Source of the DNA: an uncultured Thermotogae bacterium
Lineage (GTDB): Bacteria; Bipolaricaulota; Bipolaricaulia; UBA7950; UBA9294
NCBI GenBank assembly: GCA_964495585.1
Contig: CAZBWD010000001.1
Location: forward strand, 1-32,745
Direction of reading: 5' to 3'
Length of the DNA: 32,745 bases
Below the pieces are notes generated by a model. That model saw nothing but the letters and a program-made list of their open reading frames with translations. It searched no databases and had not been told where the DNA came from. Below are positions 26,230-32,745 of this stretch, in pieces; position 1 is the first letter of the stretch; each line of letters opens with the position of its first letter. A program made the translations under genes and the position numbers.

Positions 26230-26312
26230 AATAACCCCCTCTTCCCTCTCGGGGTTCATCCACAACTTCCGTCATCTCACATCTTGCCCATCCTGATGGG
26301 CGTCGAGCTACG

Positions 26313-26340
26313 AGTATACCGCACCGCAGACGGTTTTCAA
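26313..26340 (-). promoter_or_regulatory. strong sigma70-type promoter upstream of the fmdB-like gene (and probably rpoC)
   Basis: The minus strand reads TTGAAA (26335-26340, overlapping the upstream TGA), a 16-nt spacer, then TATACT (26313-26318). About 75 nt of leader follows, with a small GCCCAT/ATGGGC hairpin. Confidence 0.65.
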
Positions 26341-27407
26341 GACAGCGGGACCTCCGTGCCTGTGGGAGAACCAGGGGACGAGACGTTGCAGGCGAAGCAC
26401 AGTTGGGCGATCTCGTCGACCGAGCCGAAGGGGAGGATGTTCAGTTGCGAGGTCTCATCATCCTTCTCGAACCGGTACTTGACCGGCACGCTCCGGCCCG
26501 GCGCCGTCGCGCTGTGCGTCACCGCGATCCGCGCGGCCAGCACGATGATCTCCTCAACCTCCTGCGGGGACTTGCTCGCCCAGTCGGTGCGCACCAGGGC
26601 GAGCGGGCTGCGCGGTGTGGGGAGGTACACGCGCAGGTCCTGCGGGAGGAAGAAGGTCTGCAGCGCTCGCTTCTCCTCCTCGTCGACGGCGAGCACGATC
26701 TTCACGTCGGGTGGGTGTTTGTAGTAAAGCGAGAACTCGAGGAGCTTGAGGGCGTTCAGCGTGAACCGGTCCTCCTCGAACAGGTTCTCCAGGCGCTTCC
26801 CGAACCCGGGTTGCGTCAGCTTGCAGCGGCTCGCGACGTTCATCGGGTCGTTGGAGGACAGCCGCAGGCGACGGGCGAGCGCGACCAGCCGGGCCTCGTC
26901 GCCGTCGCGCAGGTCGCACAGCGCGTCCTCGTTGAGCCACCCCTCGCGCTCGGGGAGGCTCGGGGGAAGAAGCCGAGCCGAGAGCGGTCGCACCACGAGC
27001 CCGCCCACGCCGAGGTCCTCGGTGATCCGCTCGAGCTCCTCACGCCCGAGTCCGTGGCGTCCGACGAGGTCGCCAGTGACGATGAAATCCGCCTTGATCC
27101 GCTCCATGTAGCGGATGGCACGGACCAGCATCAGCGTTCGACAGCTCAGGCAGCTGCGCTTGAGGGAGAACGGCCGCCCAGGGGGGATGTTCGCCAGACG
27201 CCGGTAGTCCTTCTTCAACGACTGTGTGCGGAAGATCACGCCTGGCCATTCGTCCTTGACCTGCTCCCGCAGACGCTCATCCTCAGCGAAGAACGGCGAG
27301 CGAAAGTGGAGGAGGGCCGTTCGGTCCACCAGCGGCGAGCGGGCGACCAAGCGCGCGGCCACGCGGCTCGCCAGGCTTCCGGAATACAGGCACAGTGCTG
27401 TTACCAC
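26337..27407 (-). CDS. PP-loop (adenine nucleotide alpha-hydrolase) superfamily-like protein, ThiI/MnmA-related, with degenerate ATP-binding motif
   Basis: 356 aa, GTG start 6 nt after GAGGA. The N-terminal ALCLYSGSLASRVAARL aligns by eye to the PP-loop SGGxDS. CLSCRTLMLVRAIRYMERIKADFIVTGDLVGRHG and SRCKLTQPGFGKRLENL resemble the CxxC...TGE-LGQRPMSQ and GGCLLTDP-F blocks I recall from a ThiI-like family. The family assignment is from memory and was not searched. Confidence 0.5.
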   Translation of the reverse strand: MVTALCLYSGSLASRVAARLVARSPLVDRTALLHFRSPFFAEDERLREQVKDEWPGVIFRTQSLKKDYRRLANIPPGRPFSLKRSCLSCRTLMLVRAIRYMERIKADFIVTGDLVGRHGLGREELERITEDLGVGGLVVRPLSARLLPPSLPEREGWLNEDALCDLRDGDEARLVALARRLRLSSNDPMNVASRCKLTQPGFGKRLENLFEEDRFTLNALKLLEFSLYYKHPPDVKIVLAVDEEEKRALQTFFLPQDLRVYLPTPRSPLALVRTDWASKSPQEVEEIIVLAARIAVTHSATAPGRSVPVKYRFEKDDETSQLNILPFGSVDEIAQLCFACNVSSPGSPTGTEVPLS

Positions 27408-27424
27408 ACCCTGTCCTCGCTGTC

Positions 27425-27949
27425 TCAGTGCTTCGGCTCGATCAGGCCGTAGTTCCCGTCCTTGCGATGATAGACGATGCCGACCTCTCCGATCTCCGCG
27501 TTGATGAACACGAAGAACTCCTTGTCCAACGCGTCGAGCTGGAGACAGGCCTCCTCCGGGGTCATCGGCTTCTGGAAGTACATGTTGGTCCGGAGGATCT
27601 CCCGGGGCTTGCTCGCGGCCTCGGCCTCGGCCGCGACCTTGACCGAGAGGACCGACGCCCCACGATCGTGAAGGTGGTCCTTGTACTTGACGAGTTGGCG
27701 CTTCAGACGGTCGATCGCCTTGTCAATCGACGCGTACATGTCGGGGGACTCCTCGCGCGCCGTGATGACCTTGCGGTTTGTCAAGTGAGCGTGCAGGTCA
27801 GCGATCTGCCGTTCTTTCTCCACCGCGAGGACCGCATCGACGCTGATGATCCGCTCGAAGTACCGCTCCAGGCCTTGGGTCTTTTCCACCACATAGTTGC
27901 GGAGCGTCTCGCTCGGGGTCGGATACCGCTCGACGATCTTGACCTTCAT
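27425..27949 (-). CDS. hpf: ribosome hibernation promoting factor (long HPF)
   Basis: 174 aa. Has the N-terminal sigma-54-modulation/YfiA fold (LRNYVVEKTQGLERYF...DMYASIDKAIDRLKRQLVKYKD) and the C-terminal dimerisation domain (KPMTPEEACLQLDALDKEFFVFINAEIGEVGIVYHRKDGNYGLIEP). Confidence 0.93.
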   Translation of the reverse strand: MKVKIVERYPTPSETLRNYVVEKTQGLERYFERIISVDAVLAVEKERQIADLHAHLTNRKVITAREESPDMYASIDKAIDRLKRQLVKYKDHLHDRGASVLSVKVAAEAEAASKPREILRTNMYFQKPMTPEEACLQLDALDKEFFVFINAEIGEVGIVYHRKDGNYGLIEPKH

Positions 27950-27971
27950 GCCCCCCTCCTTCTACGATGCA

Positions 27972-28000
27972 ATCTTAGCAGAAAAGACGCAACCCGTCAA
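27972..28000 (-). promoter_or_regulatory. sigma70-type promoter for hpf
   Basis: The minus strand reads TTGACG (27995-28000), a 17-nt spacer, then TAAGAT (27972-27977). It is followed by GAAGGAGGGGGG and the hpf ATG at 27949. Confidence 0.65.
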
Positions 28001-28043
28001 CGAAGCCGGGGAAGCCGCCGCCTTACTGCGCAGCGCGACCGCG

Positions 28044-29075
28044 CTACTCGAACAGGTCAACGAGGTACAGCAGGCCGGGGTCGACCGGCCGGGAACGCCG
28101 CAGCGCCTCCTCCAAGGCGACCGCCTCGATCCTCGTCCCATGGAGGGCGGTCATCACGTCGAACTGTTCCTCAACCGCGAACTCGATCGCTGCCGCGCCG
28201 AACCGCGTGGCGAGGATCCGATCGAACGGAGACGGGCTCCCCCCCCGCTGCAGGTAGGCCAGGTTCGTGACGCGCACCGGTATCTGCATCCGCTGGGAGA
28301 GCTGGTTCGCCAGGTACTGCCCCACGCCTCCCAGCCGGACGTGCCCGAACGCGTCGACCTCCGCCTCGGCCAGCACCTGGCCGTCGAGCCCCATCGGGGT
28401 CGCCCCCTCGGCGATGATGATGATGCTGAAGTGCTTCTGGCGCGCCTGTCGATGCAGGATCTTGCGGTGGATCGCCTCCACATCGAACTTTTCCTCGGGA
28501 ATGAGGATGACATCCGCCCCGCCGGCAATCCCCCCCATCAGGCTCAGCCAGCCGGCGTCCCGTCCCATGACCTCCAGGATAAGGACGCGGTGATGTGAGA
28601 ACGCGGTCGTGTGCAGCCGGTCGAGTGCCTCCGTGATGACGTCGAGCGCCGAGGAGAACCCCAGCGAGTAGTCGGTCATCGCGATGTCGTTGTCGATCGT
28701 CTGCGGAATCCCGATGACCTTCACCCCGTGCGGGGTGAGCCGGTGTGCGACCCCCAGGGTGTCGTCCCCGCCGATCACGATCAGGAAATCGATGGCGTTG
28801 CGCTCGAGGTTGCCGAGGATCCGCTCCACGGCCCCTTCGGTCTTGAACGGATTCGTCCGGGAGCTACCGAGGATCGTCCCGCCAATATGCAGAATCCCCG
28901 ACACGTCGTCGTGTCCGAGCGGGCGGGCGAGCCCTTCCACCGGCCCTTTCCACCCCTCGAGGAACCCGATCGTCTCCACGCCGTGCTTGTACCCGAAGCG
29001 GACGATCGAGCGGATCGCCGCGTTGATCCCCGGGGAATCACCCCCGCCTGTCAGCAGCCCTGCTCGCATCATCAT
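28044..29075 (-). CDS. pfkA: 6-phosphofructokinase (phosphoryl donor uncertain)
   Basis: Motifs LTGGGDSPGINAAIR, IGGDDTLG, PQTIDNDI, MGRDAGW. I place the start at the ATG at 29075, which forms an ATGA overlap with the fba stop and lies 6 nt after GGAGG. The track start at 29090 is a TTG. Confidence 0.9.
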   Translation of the reverse strand: MMMRAGLLTGGGDSPGINAAIRSIVRFGYKHGVETIGFLEGWKGPVEGLARPLGHDDVSGILHIGGTILGSSRTNPFKTEGAVERILGNLERNAIDFLIVIGGDDTLGVAHRLTPHGVKVIGIPQTIDNDIAMTDYSLGFSSALDVITEALDRLHTTAFSHHRVLILEVMGRDAGWLSLMGGIAGGADVILIPEEKFDVEAIHRKILHRQARQKHFSIIIIAEGATPMGLDGQVLAEAEVDAFGHVRLGGVGQYLANQLSQRMQIPVRVTNLAYLQRGGSPSPFDRILATRFGAAAIEFAVEEQFDVMTALHGTRIEAVALEEALRRSRPVDPGLLYLVDLFE

Positions 29076-30073
29076 GCCTCCCCTCCACAAAGCGACTTTC
29101 CCGCACTGCCCGCCTGGTCGAGCAGCTCGATCGCCACGTCCCTGATCCGCGCCTGCACCGCCCTGCCCACGGCCCGGGGATCGAACGCCTTCTTGTCCGG
29201 TGTCCAGTCGGTCCCCGAGAAGAGCCCGCTCGCCTCGCCCGGCACGCCCTCAGGCGGCACGATCCTGTCCCGGTGAGCAGCATAGAACGCCCAGGCGGCT
29301 CGAGCGTACTCGTACTGGTAGCGAGTATCCTTGTTCAGCTTGCAGATCCCGCAATCGATCACCTCGCGGATCTGCGCGGATAGCAGGCCAGAACTACCGT
29401 GCAGGACAAGCGGGACTGGAACACCCGCCGCCGCGAGCCGGTCGCGGATCTGCGCGGCGATCCCGGTCTCTAGGACGATCTCCTTCCCCTTGGAGACCCC
29501 GTGCTGCGTGCCGATCGACACCGCGAGGAGGTCGGCTCCGGTCGCTCTCACGAACTCCACCGCCTCCTCCGGGTCCGTGTAGAACGCCTCTGCCGAGGCG
29601 ACCTTATCCTCCACGCCCTTGATCCTCCCGAGCTCCGCCTCGACCAGGACATCCCCCGCCTTCGCCATTTCCACGACCTCGCAGCTGATACGAACGTTCT
29701 CGTCGAAGCGCTCCCTGGAGGCGTCGATCATCACCGACGAGACGAGCCGCTCTTCGATCGCTTCGGCGATGAGAGGCATCTCGTCGACCGTGAAGTGGTC
29801 GAGATTCAGGAAGACACCAATCGGGTAGGCGGCTGCCAGCTCGCGGACCATCCCCGACAGGACGCGCAGGCCAACCCGTTTGTCACCGCCGCCCGCGAAC
29901 GTCGCCGCCCCAGGGCTGACCTGGACAATGAGATCCGAGCGGCGGGCGGTGTACCCCTCGAGCAGCCCGATGAGGACGTTCGGCTCGGCGATGTTGTTCG
30001 CCATGAACGCGTACCCGTCGGCCTGGGCCTGCCGATAGGCTGCCAGAAGCGCTTTCCCCCGATGAAATGCCAT
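29072..30073 (-). CDS. fba: class II fructose-1,6-bisphosphate aldolase
   Basis: 333 aa with metal and active-site contexts (LNLDH, MIDAS, SIGTQHG, VLHGSSG, KLNKDT). Confidence 0.9.
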   Translation of the reverse strand: MAFHRGKALLAAYRQAQADGYAFMANNIAEPNVLIGLLEGYTARRSDLIVQVSPGAATFAGGGDKRVGLRVLSGMVRELAAAYPIGVFLNLDHFTVDEMPLIAEAIEERLVSSVMIDASRERFDENVRISCEVVEMAKAGDVLVEAELGRIKGVEDKVASAEAFYTDPEEAVEFVRATGADLLAVSIGTQHGVSKGKEIVLETGIAAQIRDRLAAAGVPVPLVLHGSSGLLSAQIREVIDCGICKLNKDTRYQYEYARAAWAFYAAHRDRIVPPEGVPGEASGLFSGTDWTPDKKAFDPRAVGRAVQARIRDVAIELLDQAGSAGKSLCGGEA

Positions 30074-30107
30074 GCCCGGATCACCTCACCCGATCGACAA
30101 GTGTCTC

Positions 30108-30136
30108 CTTATACCGGGGCCAGCCGGGCCGCACAA
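30108..30136 (-). promoter_or_regulatory. weak candidate internal promoter upstream of fba
   Basis: The minus strand reads TTGTGC (30131-30136), a 17-nt spacer, then TATAAG (30108-30113). It is followed by SD GAGGTGA and the fba ATG. The -35 is poor. Confidence 0.3.
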
Positions 30137-30154
30137 GACAGGCGACACGGCCCG

Positions 30155-31105
30155 CTAGCCGGTCAGGGTGCGGTAGCGGCCGAACCCGCGGTAGCGCTTC
30201 CCGCGGGCGTTCAGCAACTCCCCGATCGGCAGTGCGCGAAGCACCGCCAGTTGGCGCAGGAGGCTTTCCTTCAGGGCCACAGCGGTCGCCTTGAAATCCT
30301 TGTGCGCTCCGCCCAGCGGCTCGGGGATCACCTCGTCGATCACCTCGAGATCCAAGAGGTGCGGAGCGGTGAGACGGAGGGCGGCGGCCGCCTCCTTAGT
30401 GTGGTCCTTCTCCTTCCACAGGATCGCCGCGGCTCCCTCCGGGCTGATCACCGAGTAGACGGCGTTCTCGAGCATGAGGACCCGGTCCGCCAGCGCGACC
30501 GCCAGCGCGCCGCCCGAACCGCCCTCCCCGATGAGCACCGCGATCGTCGGGACCTTGATCCGCGCCATCAAGACGAGGTTCTCCGCGATCGCGCCCCCGA
30601 TGTTCATCTCCTCGGACTCGAGGCCGGGGTAGGCCCCGGGGGTGTCGATCAGCGACACGACGGGGAAACCGAACCGCTCCGCAAGCAGCAGGGCACGCCG
30701 CGCCTTGCGGTACCCCTGCGGGCGGGTCATCCCAAAGAAACGTTCCTTGTTCTCCTGGGTCGATCGCCCCTTCTGCTGGCCGATCACGACGACACTTCGG
30801 CTCTCCAGCCGGGCGAGCCCGATCAGGAGCGCCTGGTCGTCCCCGGCGATCCGGTCTCCGTGCAGCTCGAAGAAGTCGGTGAAGATTTCGCCGATGTAGT
30901 CAAGCGCGTACGGCCGCTCCGCGTGCCGGGCGAGCTTCACGCGCTCCCAGTCGCTGAGGTTGGCGTAGAGCTCCTCCCGCATCGCGTCGAGCTTCTTCTC
31001 CAGACGCTCGATCTCGCTTGAAAGATCGATGCCATCAGTCTTGTTGAGTTCACGTAGCTCCCGGATCTTCGTCTCCAGGAGGTCGAGCGTCCGCTCGTCG
31101 CTCAT
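30155..31105 (-). CDS. accA: acetyl-CoA carboxylase carboxyltransferase subunit alpha
   Basis: The 638-aa track ORF is trimmed to the ATG at 31105 (ATGA overlap with the accD stop). 316 aa, MSDERTLDLLETKIRELREL...RPYALDYI...FGMTRPQGYRKA...IDTPGAYPG...GEGGSGGALA. Confidence 0.92.
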   Translation of the reverse strand: MSDERTLDLLETKIRELRELNKTDGIDLSSEIERLEKKLDAMREELYANLSDWERVKLARHAERPYALDYIGEIFTDFFELHGDRIAGDDQALLIGLARLESRSVVVIGQQKGRSTQENKERFFGMTRPQGYRKARRALLLAERFGFPVVSLIDTPGAYPGLESEEMNIGGAIAENLVLMARIKVPTIAVLIGEGGSGGALAVALADRVLMLENAVYSVISPEGAAAILWKEKDHTKEAAAALRLTAPHLLDLEVIDEVIPEPLGGAHKDFKATAVALKESLLRQLAVLRALPIGELLNARGKRYRGFGRYRTLTG

Positions 31106-31947
31106 CTCGACTCCTCCGTAAAGAACGAAAGGACGGTTGCCATCTCCTCCCGCAGGTCCTCCCGCCCGATCACCCGGTCGATCTGCCCGTGCTCGAGGGC
31201 GAAGGCGTCGGTCTGATAATTCTTCGGGAGTTCCTCGGCGATCGTGCTCTGGATGACCCGTCGGCCAGCGAATCCGATCATCGTCCCCTTTTCGGCGATG
31301 ATCACGTCCCCCAGGCTGGCGATCGATGCCTGCACCCCGCCGGTCGTCGGGTAGGTCATGACGGAGATGAACGGGAGGCGCGCCTCCGCGAGCTGCACGC
31401 GCACGGTCGCCGTCTTCGCCATCTGCAGAAGCGAGAAGATTCCTTCCTGGATCCGCGCTCCACCCGACGAGGAGACGAGAACGAACGGGCAACGCCGTTC
31501 GATCGCCTCTTCCATCCCGTGGCAGATCTGCTCGCCCATCACCGAGCCCATGCTCCCGCCGATGAACTGAAACTCCATCACCCCGATCACCACCGGGATC
31601 GACGACACAGCAGCCTGTCCGAGGATGATCGCGCTCGGCAGGCCGGTCTTCTCCTGCGCCTCCTCCACCCGCTCCGGGTAGGGCTTCGTGTCGACGAACT
31701 TCAGGGGATCCGCCGCAACGATCGGCCGGGAGATGTCGACGAAGCTCCCCTCGTCGATCAACGACTCGAGCCGCTCGCGGGCGGTGAGGAAGAAGTACTC
31801 CCCGCAGTAGGGGCAGATGTTGTTGTTCTCCCGTACCCGCCGCTTGAAGACCAGCTCGCCGCACGACTTGCAGCGCATCCACAGGCTCTCGTCCATCTGC
31901 CTGTCCAGCTTGACGCGAAAGTAGTGTTTGTCCTTGAAGATCGCCAT
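31102..31947 (-). CDS. accD: acetyl-CoA carboxylase carboxyltransferase subunit beta (zinc-ribbon N-terminus)
   Basis: 281 aa (WMRCKSCGELVFKRRVRENNNICPYCGEYF...GGSMGSV...SGGARIQEG). Confidence 0.93.
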   Translation of the reverse strand: MAIFKDKHYFRVKLDRQMDESLWMRCKSCGELVFKRRVRENNNICPYCGEYFFLTARERLESLIDEGSFVDISRPIVAADPLKFVDTKPYPERVEEAQEKTGLPSAIILGQAAVSSIPVVIGVMEFQFIGGSMGSVMGEQICHGMEEAIERRCPFVLVSSSGGARIQEGIFSLLQMAKTATVRVQLAEARLPFISVMTYPTTGGVQASIASLGDVIIAEKGTMIGFAGRRVIQSTIAEELPKNYQTDAFALEHGQIDRVIGREDLREEMATVLSFFTEESR

Positions 31948-31958
31948 GTCGTTCCTCC

Positions 31959-32633
31959 TTACCCCCGCCGTGCGAACGGGTTGAACCGGGGTCGAGGCGG
32001 CCGCTCGCCCGTCCCCGCGAGGCTCTGTGGCAGGACGGATCCACTTGAAAGGACCATGGACAAGGCGTCATCCACCGGCATGTCGAGGTAGGTGACCGAC
32101 CGCTTGGGGACGAGCAACATCATACCCGAGAGCGGATTGGGTGCGGTCGGGGCGTACACCAGCAGGGACTCCTCCCCGGCCGCCTCCCCGAGCTTGCCCA
32201 CCTTCTCGTTGGTGACCAACCCGATGGCGTAGAGCCCCGGGCGGGGGTACTCGAACATCACCACCTTCTGGAAGGACGAGGCGTTACGGCTCAGAACCGC
32301 GCTGGTGAACTGTTTGAGCGTCCCATACATCTTGCGGATCCCGGGCAGGGAAAGGAAGAGCCTGTCGAGCGCGTACTGGAGGGTCCGGCCGAGGAAGTTG
32401 CGGGTGACCAGGCCGATGACGAGGATGAGGATCGCGAGCATATAGAATCCCATCCCTGGAATCCAGCGCCCGAGCACCCGCTCGACCATGTGCCCGAACG
32501 GAGTGGTCCGTCCGACCAGGCCGTCGAGCAGCCGGTAAAGGAACCAAAGGATGTAGGCCAAGCCGCCTACGGGCAGGATGGCCAGAAGCCCGCTGACAAA
32601 CGTGTCCCACAAGTAGCGCAGGAATCTCCTCAC
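31959..32633 (-). CDS. DUF502-family membrane protein
   Basis: Two N-terminal TM helices, then the conserved YPRPGLYAIGLVT...PTAPNPLSGMMLLVP block. I prefer the in-frame GTG at 32633 (VRRFLRYLWDTF..., 224 aa) over the track start at 32741. A TATAAT box lies at 32682-32687. Confidence 0.75.
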   Translation of the reverse strand: MRRFLRYLWDTFVSGLLAILPVGGLAYILWFLYRLLDGLVGRTTPFGHMVERVLGRWIPGMGFYMLAILILVIGLVTRNFLGRTLQYALDRLFLSLPGIRKMYGTLKQFTSAVLSRNASSFQKVVMFEYPRPGLYAIGLVTNEKVGKLGEAAGEESLLVYAPTAPNPLSGMMLLVPKRSVTYLDMPVDDALSMVLSSGSVLPQSLAGTGERPPRPRFNPFARRG

Positions 32634-32745
32634 AGGGTCACCCCAGGTGCGCGTCCCATTCTCTCTACCCCCTTGATCTGTATTATAGAGGAAGATGCGC
32701 AAGGCAACACGAACACGAAGAACCGTTGAGTGGGCCGTCATTCTG

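Noticed and set aside
26230-26265. Longer start (MWMNPEREEGVI...) for the FmdB-like ORF.
   Set aside because: FmdB proteins begin right at the first knuckle (MP-Y-Y-C pattern). The GTG at 26229 has a GAGGGGG SD at ideal spacing, whereas the upstream start has none.
28021-28043. AGCGCGGTCGCGCT palindrome after the pfk stop as a terminator.
   Set aside because: It is a 6-bp stem with only a 2-nt loop and no downstream U-run, so it is unlikely to fold as an intrinsic terminator.
30155-32071. 638-aa ORF that appears to fuse accA with upstream sequence. Analogous 5-prime extended ORFs occur for rpsD (to 5676), rpsM (to 6241), rplE (to 12370) and rpsG (to 20634).
   Set aside because: The extensions run out of frame through the well-supported upstream gene and translate to R/G/P-rich sequence with no recognisable motifs. 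Internal ATGs with an SD or stop-start overlap give proteins of canonical length and N-terminus.
1-32745. Looked for tRNA or rRNA genes, CRISPR repeats, IS or transposase or integrase ORFs, and direct or inverted terminal repeats.
   Set aside because: Every spacer is 128 nt or shorter and is accounted for by promoters or hairpins. No periodic repeats and no recombinase-like translations appear in any frame. A global repeat search by eye is limited, and a self dot plot would be the proper check.

Overview
GC-rich bacterial chromosomal segment made almost entirely of core housekeeping genes. I see no mobile element, CRISPR array, tRNA or rRNA gene, or defence or toxin island. Plus strand (1-3421): the tail of an Mrp/Mnh-type cation:proton antiporter module (B-, C- and D-like subunits with starts overlapping the preceding stops), then an SDR-type L-threonine 3-dehydrogenase-like gene. 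This strand ends at a hairpin shared with the convergent rplQ. Minus strand (3499-32633): an unbroken same-strand run of 42 genes, in transcription order DUF502, accD, accA, fba, pfk | hpf, degenerate PP-loop-like protein | fmdB-like zinc ribbon, rpoC | rpsL, rpsG, fusA, then fused S10-spc-alpha clusters (rpsJ through rplQ, including secY, adk, map, infA, rpmJ, rpoA). Many junctions are 1-nt or 4-nt stop/start overlaps. Three strong sigma70-type promoters are readable in the few AT-richer spacers, upstream of hpf, fmdB and rpsL; the rpsL one is a perfect TTGACA-17-TATAAT. The points worth a second look are organisational. (1) rpoC is not preceded by rpoB; it follows a small FmdB-type zinc-ribbon gene and a 128-nt spacer with three GC hairpins. 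(2) Beta-prime is very long (1663 aa), with several insertions rich in SBHM-like motifs. (3) tuf is absent between fusA and rpsJ, and rpmD (L30) is absent between rpsE and rplO. (4) A ThiI/MnmA-like PP-loop protein has a degenerate ATP-binding motif. (5) L24 carries a Cys4 knuckle pair, and the PFK has mixed phosphoryl-donor residues. All homology calls are from reading the translated ORFs by eye; no database search was run.
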